Shown here in pieces: positions 1-10,238 of a stretch of DNA of 64,000 nucleotides. The translations under genes were made by a program, and so were the position numbers. This DNA comes from Monosiga brevicollis MX1 (taxonomy: Eukaryota). The notes under the pieces are model-generated. The model saw only the letters and a list, made by a program, of their open reading frames with translations, did no database searches and was not told the DNA's origin. Each line of letters begins with the position of its first letter. Position 1 is the stretch's first letter. The stretch covers positions 1,402,914 to 1,466,913 of the forward strand of contig NW_001865042.1 in assembly GCF_000002865.3 (NCBI RefSeq), given 5' to 3'.

Positions 1-79
1 TTGCCGGGCACAAATGGCCAGAGAGGAATTGAATGGCGAATTCTTGATTCTTTTTTATTTTTTTCTGCGCCCAGGCACG

Positions 80-2670
80 TCATGCGGGGTAGGTCAGGCG
101 GCCGGTGCTGGCCATGCGCCGCGCGGTCGGGTCTGAAAATGGGAAGGTTGAGACCACCGTGGGCAAAAAGCGCTTGGCCTGCATGTAGGCGCGAATGTCG
201 GAGCGTTCTTCAAGGCGCGCCAGTGTCCAGTATAGTTCGAGCTGCTGCGGGCCAGACATGTCAACCGCTTGCTTCTGCAGCTGACTTCGCTGCGCAAGGG
301 CCTCTAAATACTTTTGCTCTTCCTCGATGGCTAGATCAACTGGCACGGGCGCACGGCTGCTGGCGGGAGTCGCACGCGAGTTGCGCCGGGCGGAACTCAT
401 GGGGGTATTTGCGGCCGAGCCGCGTCGGCTTGAGGTAGCGGAGCTCCAGTTGTGCAAGGGCGTGTTGACGGCGCTGGCACCATGTGTTCGGTAGCTCCCC
501 GGTGTGTGGGGGGCCAAGGCACCTGGGCCACTGTATGGGGTCCCGGCAACGAGGCCATTCTCTGGCAGGGCCAAGGTTGCGGCAAGCTCATCGAGGCGCA
601 CACGCTTGGGATCTGTTTCATCAGGTTGTTCCAGGACGTCGTCCTCCACACCTTCATCCGAGGCAAAGAGCACACTTTCGGGAAAGCCGGCCGAGAACTC
701 ATCACGGATTTCTGGGTCCTTCAAGGCACGCGGATGTCTGCCAGGGTCAAGATCAACGGGAGCACCAGTGAGGAGTGTAATTGAAACGGTCGGCATCAGC
801 CATGGAGTTGCAGATGTGTACGGACGGGCAAGGCACGTCGGGCGAAGCACGTGAAAGCGACTCGTGCAACATGCCTGGTAGAGCAGTCATGATACTGCCA
901 TTGCAAAACTGCAACGGGATAGCGAGAGTGTGGTAGCGTGCGTGGTCGAAGGCAGTGCGCACGCCAAGTATGCTGGACCTATGCAAACGTCGCACATCAG
1001 ACAAATAAAGATTGGGGGAAAAACTTTTAATGGACTGCCGCTGTGCATACCGCGCTGTGGGTGCTGGACACAAAGAGCCCTTTCTCTTCGTATCCCTGAA
1101 GCAGCTGTCCATTGAATGCGGAGGCCTAAGGCGGAAAAGGGCGACAGCAGAGTGAGTGGCGACACGGGTCAAGGCCGCCTCATGCAAGCAACATCAGCAC
1201 TTGACCGGCGAACAACTTGCGCAGAGTTGCCTGTATACCTGTTGGGCCATGCTTCGAATGACGCTCCTTTGTTGGGAAAGTTTCATATCACTGATTAAAG
1301 TGCGAGACAAGAGTACACAGTCGTAAGATGGGAATTGTGGCCCTTTGTTGTAAGAAGTGCGGGAATGTAGATCGCTGGCGCGCATTCTTCAGCACGGCCA
1401 ATGTAAGACCAGCCATCCGGGCAGGCGTCAATCGAGAACATACTGGTTTTGGACCTCCGGGGCTAAACGTTGCTGCTCGACGAGTTCGGCGGTCCACAAA
1501 TCGGGGTGATGTTGTTTGAGGTACTCGAGGGCATCATCGGTTTGCACGACGGTGACGCCGCCGCTTGCAGCAGCCAGATTGGTATGGATAATGCCTGAAC
1601 GTTGCGCGTAGGCGAACTCTCGGTGCTTGATGACGCGCACTTTAACGTCTGCAATTGAGCCGGCGGCGTTCAGGTCAAGCACAGCGAGCCGAAGGCACAA
1701 CAAGGGAAACTTCCCGTCTTTCCATTTCTTGTGATCCTCTCTGATCGTTTACGAAGATAACATACGAGCGTCACGCATCATCTGCAAAGTCTCATCGAAG
1801 GAACGTCGTAGAAGAAGGCACATGTGGATGAGGGGGGTCATCCACGGGCCATCCCTTTCCTCTTGCGGCCAACGGTACGCGGGCATGATCTTAGACTTGC
1901 GCACGCCCATATCCTCTTGCAGACGAACTGTGGTAGAAGGCAGGCATGAAAAATATGAGCACCGACAGCAGACATGTGCCTGCGCACCGCTGAGCGCGTA
2001 AGGACTGGAGGCTTGAAAGGGGTGTATGAGAAAAAAAAAATACCTACGTTTAGCCCAGCGTGGCTTGGGGATGTTGCCACCGCACGCAACCCATTCGGCA
2101 GCCTTTGTCGTAATGGCTTCCCGAACGACCGCCTTTGAACGCGGTGGGAGGTTCAACGGTATGAGTCCAAGCAGGGTACACAGGAGGGGCACGAAACGAG
2201 CCGTTGAGACGGGTTGAAAGGGCAGGGGCGATGTTGCAGACACGTACGTGAGGGATGCAAGTTTCACGTCGCATGTGGGTCTTGAGGTCTGAAGGGGTGC
2301 GAAAGGTCCGCGAGCACCAGGGCGTTGGACATTGAAGATAGTGCAGGTCAGGTAGCGTACAGAGGAGAAAATCTCGTTGGCTGGTCATTTGCTCACAGGC
2401 GCCTCGGATGGAGAAGCGGGGATCTTGGACAATGGTGTCCATGTATTCCTGGGTGAGAGGCTCGAGGGGGCGCAGCCCCAAGTCACCCTCGGTGCCGGTA
2501 CTAGCAATTGCCTCATCGTTGGTGTCGGCGTGGGCGCCGATGTGAAGAAGATTGGCTGGCCTATACCGGCGCTCGACCGGCTCAGTCACGACGGCGCTGG
2601 CTGCCGTCTCCGCATCCTCCTCAGCCTCACGAGCCGGCGACGCCGAGCGTGGGGATGCTGGGTCCGCCAT
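80..2670 (-). CDS. PHF10/SAYP-like protein with an N-terminal C2HC zinc finger and no PHD fingers (multi-exon)
   Basis: ATG at 2670, zinc finger CPTPWC-x12-H-x5-C at 2257-2331, stop at 80-82 followed by an A-rich tract. Spliced exons give AYRWPQEERDGPWMT...DVKVRVIKHREFAYAQRSGII...GVTVVQTDDALEYLKQHHP...RSMAQQ|ASAFNGQLLQ, which aligns by eye with the PHF10 SAY region (EYKWPPDETG...DLERRDLSHKEKLYL...GLTALRSDEVIDLM...KKAAEFNSNL). Confidence 0.65.
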
Positions 2671-2814
2671 GTGTGTTGCTGTGCCTTGCTCCCTTCAAAT
2701 TCGGCTTATATATCCGAACCACCGCCACCGCCAGCTCCTATCTCCTCGGTCCCAGGCCGCCCCTGTTGTTGACTCTTGCAAGAGCGCGATGAAGCGCGAC
2801 ACTTGAAAGAAGCT

Positions 2815-3152
2815 CAACACACACTCAGAGAGCGCGGCGCAGAGAGAGAGACAGACAGAGACAGAGAGAGAGAGAGAGAGAGAGCCGTTACAAAAACCAA
2901 AAGACAGAGAGAGTTTGTGAGAGAGAGAGTTTGAGAGAGAGAGAGAGAGTTTGAGAGAGAGAGAGAGTTTGAGAGAGTTTGAGAGAGAGAGTTTGAGAGA
3001 GAGAGAGAGAGTTTGAGGGAAAGAGGAGAGTTTGAGAGCTTGAGAGAGAGAGAGCTTGAGGCTTGAGAGAGTTTGAGAGTGAGAGATTTAGAGAGAGAAA
3101 ACGAGAGCTTGAGAGCTTGAGAGCTTGAGAGAGAGAGAGAGTGTGTGTGTGT
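2815..3152. repeat. Compound (GA)n microsatellite with GTTTGA/GCTTGA interruptions, in a divergent intergenic region
   Basis: Directly visible low-complexity tract between two divergent ATGs. Confidence 0.95.
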
Positions 3153-3595
3153 GATACCAAACGATAGAGAGATGTATAGTGTAACATCCGCCACATTTTA
3201 AACAGGTACAGAACCAGTACGGTCAGCGTTGGTGTAGTTAAAACTTCGGTTTGTGCTGAACCGAATAAGGTTTGTGTGTGCTGTCGGCGGTGGTTATTGC
3301 TGCTGATAGTCGAGTTATTGTAGAGGCATTCTAACGGTTTTTCTGTTTTTTTTTTTTTTTCGGGTTCAAAACGGCAGCGACTCGACCCGGGTGTCGGTGG
3401 TGTGGGTGCCGGCGGCGGGTGTTGGAATCGCCTCGCTTGGAGGGGCTGGGGCCAGGAGATGCATGGCGGAATAGCGGTGTCTGCTGCAACAAGTTCCAGG
3501 GGCTGTGCTGAGTCACAACTTGGCGAGGACGGCAATCAATTGTGCCGCCACCTTCGGGCTCACGTCAGCCAGGATACCGCTCGTCCAAGATCAAC

Positions 3596-6500
3596 ATGGG
3601 TGGGCATAGAGCTGAAGTCGCTATTGCGGCATCGGCAGATGCACACGTTGAAGATGAACAGGATGTGGAAACTGTCCAGCTGACTGCCGTTCACATGCCC
3701 ATCTCTACCTATTCTCGAGGTTCCATTGACGAGCTGGAGGTCTTTATGCCCCGGCGCAAAGGTCGGCAAGCCTTGGTCGCCCCACGATTCCTGCACGGGG
3801 ACACACGTGACCCCATGTTGGCAGCCGATGACGTCTTGGAGGATGCTCGTTTTCACGAAGCTGGTTTTCAGCGCCGCTGCTTGGGCCCCAGAATGATGCG
3901 CCAAATTACCGCTCTGCAGCGCCACCACGATGAGCTCGAATTTGTCTGCCCCAATGAAAGCTGCGTCAAAGCCTATCGCTCCTACACCGGCCTCATCAAT
4001 CACATCAACACAGCTGCCTGCAGCACCACTGTGCGTCTGACTCACCATGGCAGAATGTCGCTGTCAGATATCCCATCCTCTTCCCTCTTTTCGCACTGGC
4101 CTTCACACTCATGTCCTGCCTGGCTGGTTGCCCACGGTTTCTCAATCACAGAGCGAGGTGTGTCGTGTCCTGTCCGAGCGCTTCCAACAGCTCAGTCAAG
4201 TACCACCACAGCGCGAAATGCATCTCCGTACGCGTGATCACGATAGTCTGCCTGCCTACGAGCTGGACAAGGTGCCTCATCCGTCCCATCGCGCTGCCAT
4301 CACCAAAGTCCGTTCATCTTGCCATCATCCCCCTATCTTTTTGACTCGGCCCTCCCTTGTGTCATGTTCAATAGAAATGGTGGACACCAGCCCTCGTGGC
4401 TTCGCTGGCCTTGAGCGCAACTCCTGAGGAACTCGTGACGATTCATAGTAGGCTCGCGCTCTGCTCGATGACCATGGCACTTGTGGTATCGACCAACCCT
4501 GGCTTGTTGCTTATTGGCTGCTCCTCGCGCTTGCCTTGGAATGGCAGAAATCCCACACCGCATGGCCTCACCTTCAGAAGTGGCCACCCTTGAAGCAATG
4601 CAGTTCATCTCACCCCTGACCTCAATGAACTGTGAGTTGTGACTTTGCTTGCCATGGTTAGGCTGATCCTGCACGTGGCATGAGCTTGGCTGTGTGGTGG
4701 CAAGCATCAGCGCATGCTAACCAGCCGGACCAGGCCCAGTCCACCCTGACCAGACCCAGTCCACCCTGACCAGGCCCAATTCACCCTGCATCTCACCCCA
4801 TCTCACCTCATCTCACGCCCACGTTTGTTTGAATCAACGTCACGTTAAAAATTAGCTCGGGGCGTGCGTGTTTTTGATGCCGATGCCATCTTGGGCATGG
4901 GTCAGTTCGCTAAGACACGCGCCCGACGAATGGACGAGCTGATGATCCGCCGACGCGACACCAACGAGACAGGCTTGGCGCATACCGCTCACGAGGAGCC
5001 CACGCGCGAGCCCACTGCCCCGTACGTTGGAATGCCTCACAGAACGCGCCGCTTTGAACGTTGGCCCATACTGCTTCCTGGGCACCGTGGCCCCATTGCA
5101 TGCACGATATCCCACACTCATTCACGTGTGACACGGCATGGCGGCATCAATGCGAGATAGACATCTTGTATGGCTTCGTTGCGCCCAGGCCAAGCGTTCC
5201 ATCGCCGCCCAAGCACACGCTTACAATACAGCAATCCTGCATCAGTGCTTGCGCGACAATCGCCGCCATCAGGCCATCGAAACCCAGGTCCGCGCCCCGA
5301 CGTTGCGAGGATGGCTCTTTTTTGTGTTTGCGAGCAACTCAATTTTTATGCTGCGATAGAACATGCAATATTCTGCCGCGCGCCGCGCCAAAATGCTGTC
5401 ATTAATTCAAAGTTGTCGCCGTCCGGTGCGCCTGTTCAAGGAGCAAGGACAAGATGGTGTACTTCGGTTAGAATTGCGTGGATCTGCATGTCTCATCTTG
5501 AGTGGGCTTGTCCGCCTTGTCGCTATATCGACAGCTCACGGGCCCCGTCATGTCAACTTTTGCACGCAGGTTGTTCGGTGACGAGTATGAAAAATATATC
5601 GAGAGGCACCGCGTCGCGCCTCCTGAGGCTGCTTCAGCGCCGACCAGCGCGCTATCGTATTTGAAAAAAGCCAAGCATGTCTTTGACATTCCCCAAATCA
5701 CTCGAGATTTGGTGCTGCGACGTGCGCACGAGCGTGCACTCACAGTCCCACGCGTAAGTCGACCCAAACTCATAATTCGGATGTACGGTCTGTCATCTTG
5801 TCTGACAAACCTGGTCGGCAACACTAGATCATGGCGGTGCCGCGGCCAGACGACGTGTGCACCGTCTGCCAGCGCAAGGGGCTGGGTGAGGGAGCGCCGC
5901 ACATGCAAGAGATGCTGACGTGTAGTGTATGTGGTGGCACGGGACATCCCAGCTGTCTTCGTTTGCCAGAGGAAGCAGTGTACAAGATTCGTACATACGA
6001 ATGGCAATGTATGGATTGCAAGGCCTGCGGCATATGCGGCGACTCGACTGACGACGACAAATTGCTGTTCTGTGATCAATGCGATCGTGGTTATCATACT
6101 TTCTGTGTGGGCCTTCACCACACGCCGCGTGGTAAGTCCATGCCAGAGCAGTTGAGGCCGTACCTACAAACCCATGGTGACTGACCCCATTTTGTGCCTC
6201 CGTCATAGGTCGATGGGTGTGTGAGGCTTGTGGCCAGTGCGACTCGTGTGGTGCAACTGATCATCACGGGGACAAGTGGCACCACGTGGTACGTGGCATC
6301 GTTTCCTTGGGCTGCCGATCATGTTCCTTGCAGGTGATGCTTTACGCATCTCGTTGCGCATGCTTCACGATACTCCGTCTCTCCTCTCGCTTATCGCTTA
6401 GACTCAGAAGGAAGCGGATGGGAGCAAACGTTTCATTGTTACCGTCTGCAAGCCTTGCCACGTTCAGTTTGATGCTGGGCACGTCTGTCCCGTCTGTGTC

Positions 6501-6856
6501 AAGGCCTACGATCCTGACAAAGACAGCGCAGCATTGGTTCAGTGCACCATATGCGAACGAAAGCTCCACCAAGGTATGCACACTTTTTTTGCCCCGGGGT
6601 GTGTGCGTTGCTAATCCGTTTGTTTGACTGCGCTTTCTGTTGCGTGCAAATCTTTTTTTCAAAAATCCCCGACGCTGCCGGGGCTCCCATAGCTTGCGAA
6701 GCAGACACGCCGCCAAGTGACACACCAGAGGGTTTGGGATCGATTTACTACTGCTCACTTTGTCGGGGCCTGAAGCCGGATATTTACGATGCCCATCATG
6801 CACGCAATCGACGCCAAGCGACAGGAGCAGCAGCTGCGCCCGGGAACTCGGCATGA
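3596..6856 (+). CDS. PHF10/BAF45-like protein: zinc finger, SAY-like region, double PHD finger and a further PHD (multi-exon)
   Basis: Zinc finger CPNESC-x12-H-x5-C at 3947-4021 and RSIAAQAHAYNTAIL near 5195-5240. The double PHD reads CTVC...CSVCGGTGHPSCL...YEWQCMDCKACGICG...LLFCDQCDRGYHTFCVGL...GRWVCEAC, followed by CPVCVKAY...VQCTICERKLHQACE...YYCSLCR. GT-AG introns link the exons. The upstream part of the model is less certain than the PHD part. Confidence 0.7.
4719..4816. repeat. Intronic minisatellite (about 20-nt ACCAGACCCAGTCCACCCTG, about 3 copies, then CATCTCACC repeats)
   Basis: Direct tandem copies are visible. Confidence 0.8.
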
Positions 6857-7040
6857 GGGGAGTGCGTGTGCAAAGTGAATACCTAAAAATTGAACATTGC
6901 ACTAGTCACCGACTCGTGCAGTCTCCAATCATCGCCAACACGAAAAAAACAAAGCAAAAACACACAAGACTGGTCGCTTTGGGGATACCCCGAGGGGGGT
7001 TTGAAGGTTGCGGGGCGGCACCCAAACTGCCTGTCAATGC

Positions 7041-9441
7041 TTACGCATCCGGCTCAGGAAAGCGCTCACTCCACGTTTTCAATACGGGTCTTAAAACTTC
7101 TGGCGCGTTGTTTGACTTTTTCACCTGCCAGAAGAGTTGGCTAGCAGCTTGGATGATATCGTCCGCTTCAAGACCATCCCGGATGTTGTTGGCAATCTAG
7201 AAGCGCACAAAAGCACAGAATATCAGGCAAGGTGTGGCACGTCGGGTGCTAGCCTGCCAGTCCTGGCCTGGCCTGTGTTTCCCCTCTCGGTCCACCTGGA
7301 GTGCAAGCAGGATGATATGAAACATACCTGCAATACGATTTCCGGCTGGGGATCATCTAGTGCCATGAGGGCGTCGCGCTGAGAGCGCAACATGGCCGCA
7401 CAGATGAAAAGCTGAAATTGTGAAGAGAGATGCTGCGACCATATGACCTGTCACAAGGCAAGGAATGAGCGAGCCATGTTTTTGACCGAGCCAGGAAAAA
7501 AAAAAAAAAAAAATAATAATAAAATAAAATACACGAGCCAGTCGATGCACAACACAGCAAAAAGCGCGCACTCTTGAACCACGCACCTCCCAAATTTTAC
7601 GTGCACCAGAGACGTCAAAGTCGCGTTTGAAAAAGACCAGGAGCCAGCGCAAGCAAAACAGAAAATGGGTGGAATTGGCTCGCTCAAGCTGATGCATAAG
7701 GTGGGGGTCCACAAACCGAACCAACGTGGACACGAGCTTCAACTGGTTTTCAATGCCATGCTGATCAAAAGCATAGAGCGGTTCGAGGTCCTCCATCCAG
7801 TGTGCAAAGGCCCAGAAAGTCAAGGCTTCATCCCGAAATACAAGCCAAAGGGCTGATGCGATATCATTCATACCCTGAACGTAACCTACGGCATCGAGTG
7901 TCGTGTGACGCGAAAGCCGAGAAAGAGGGAGCGGCGGAGTCGCGAGGCAAGGGGTGGCAAGCTTAGGGCGCAAAAGTTGCGCAAAGGCGGTACAGAGGCA
8001 TAGTACAGCAGGCGCACGCACCGAGGTCAAAGTTCAGCATGAGGTAGGCGAGAAGAAGCTCGCGGACGGCCGTGAGGCCTGCTGAATCCTCGTATTTGAA
8101 TTCTGGCAGGTGGCGATCTGTTCGGGGCACGTCCTTGTCAATGCTGTGGATCATTTCGCGTAGACGTGAATTGCGAGCGAGTTGATATTCGGATTGCGTC
8201 TGCCATTGGGTCTTGAGAAGTTGATAGCGCTCGCGTTGATCCTCCATCTCTTCGGCGGTTGGTTTCATGGGTTGTTGTAAGAAGAAGCGCCAGGCAAACG
8301 GCCGAGCCTCATCTTGAAGGGTGTGATCAAACACTGCGCGACGAAAATCTGCTTCATCCTTGAGTTGACCTTTCTCGTCAAATTGCTGATGCACCTCTTC
8401 CAGAGTAAGCGGCGCCAGACGGAGACAAGCAGGGGGCTCAGGTAGCTCGTGAATCTCCATCACATCAAACTCGCCGAGATCGTTTTGGGTTGTATGCCGA
8501 CAGACAGCGTCTCCCGAATCATCGGCCGCGGTAGGGGTCTCTGGTTCATGCATGACAGGGTCGAAGAAATTTGTGGTGTTGATGACGTTGTCGGGGTTCA
8601 TCATACGCGAAAAATACTGGTTCAACTTGACAAAAGGCATGGCCCATTGATGCTGCGCAAATCAAAGACAAGTTGGAGGTTAGCTGAACAAGCGAGCCAC
8701 TCAAAAGGTCCGCTGTGACTGTGCTTGTCGTCCGAGTCATCATCCAAGTATCAAAGTGGGGTGCGTGCAAGGGCGGGCGTGTATGGAGGCCTATTGGCCC
8801 TTGGCAGGAGCGCACGACCTACCGAATGCACACCCACGGATTGTGCTTTGCGAGCAAATTTGGGGTCAGCGGTTGCTATCCACTTGAGCAGTCGATCGAC
8901 ATCTTCCTTCCCCTTGGTAAAAACGAGGGGGCCAAAGGTGCCTCGGCGTTCAGAGATGATGATGAGCTGGTTGCTCTTGGGGCATTGGTAGCCCGTGACC
9001 TCGCTGACGGGGATCTCGTATTTGATCACGCCGAGCGATGCCGCCTCCGAAGCCTGAACCGCTCGCCAGCGCAGCTCCATGCGACGGCGAGCGCCGCCAT
9101 CAGTCTGAGGGTTGTCAAGAGGCTCCATCAGTTTGGTCGAGAAAGGTCGGCCAGCGGGCCCAGAACAGAGGCGTGGGTGGTTCTTCTCGACAAAACACGT
9201 TCGTACAAGCACGTACCACACGCAGAAGTTGGAGGCAGCCCTGCACGGGGGGTCGCTGCAAGTTGACGGGGTCAGATTCGAAACAGATCTAAATGCAATG
9301 CAATGCAGTATCAAGTGCTTTGTGAGAATCGCACTCGTAGGCCTGGTCTGTGCTTACCTTGCCCTTCGCGAGGACAAGGTGAAACCACCATCAGAGCATG
9401 TTGGAGGCCAGCACATCTACCTTCTCGTCCTTGTCCACCAT
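7041..9441 (-). CDS. TBC-domain Rab GTPase-activating protein, TBC1D15/17/Gyp7-like (multi-exon)
   Basis: Contains the TBC catalytic motifs IDKDVPRTDR (arginine finger) and YVQGMNDIAS (glutamine finger), plus FCLRWLLVFFKRDF and an N-terminal PH-like segment. Stop TAA at 7041-7043; the start is uncertain. Confidence 0.88.
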
Positions 9442-9774
9442 GTTGGTGCGGTATACGGGTCAAGAAGCGTCCGACTTGAATAAAGTATTCCTACAGGTCC
9501 AAGCGCAAGAACAACTGCGCACGCGTGAGCGGCAACAACACCGAGCCACCGCGGGGTAGCCAGCCAGTTGCTTTTGAGAGTGAGCTCCAAAAAGCATTCC
9601 CCCCCCGCCCCCCGCCTCCCTCGAGCCGATCAAGCCGTACCAGTACCGTCTTAAGGCACCGCGTTGATGACAAGCAAGCTCCACCCAGCCAGTCGTCTCG
9701 ACTCAATGGTCCCCACTAATCGCACCGTCAAACGTCAACGCGTCCGTCAGTACACGTTCTCCCGCGCTGCCGTT

Positions 9775-9908
9775 CCCTCTCTCTCTCACTCTCTCTCTCA
9801 CTCTCTCTCTCTCTCACAAGCTGTGTGTGTGTGTGTGTCTCTCGCTCAAATTCACTCTCTCTCTTCTCTCTCTCTCTCTTCTCTCTCTCTCTTCTCTCAC
9901 AACACACG
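9775..9908. repeat. (CT)n/(GT)n microsatellite in a divergent intergenic region
   Basis: Directly visible. Confidence 0.9.
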
Positions 9909-10238
9909 TAACGTTATGGCGTTGCGCGTTCGTTTCGAAGGCCCCCTCTCGGATCTAAACTCTTGGTGCTTCTTTAAAATGAAAAGGGGGATTTATGACC
10001 GTTATGCGTCTGAAGCACAAACAGCAGTAAGACGGTCACACACAGCACACGAACTCGGGGACACAGGGCGTCAGATTGAACTTTGCCATCCTGACGGGCA
10101 ACGTGTGTGAGCCGAGGACGAGGTCAAGTTTGAGGACGAGGTCAAGGACGGGGTCCAGGCCCTCAAGGTCAAGGTCGAGGGTGAGATCGTGGCGGTCAAG
10201 AAGATGTGGCAGGTTTTAGGGTTGTGACAAATGAAAAG

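Noticed and set aside
80..2670. Transposon or retroelement interpretation of the zinc-finger ORFs
   Set aside because: No RT, integrase or transposase motifs and no terminal repeats; an intron-containing PHF10-like gene explains the region better.
2814..3535. ORFs rich in SL/ER/HT/CV dipeptides, here and at about 18.5, 37, 46.2, 47 and 53 kb
   Set aside because: They are translations of microsatellites.
10110..10205. GAGGTCAAG-type repeats reading as an RG-rich or EDEVK peptide
   Set aside because: There is no in-frame start or clear splice link; probably 5' UTR or promoter sequence.
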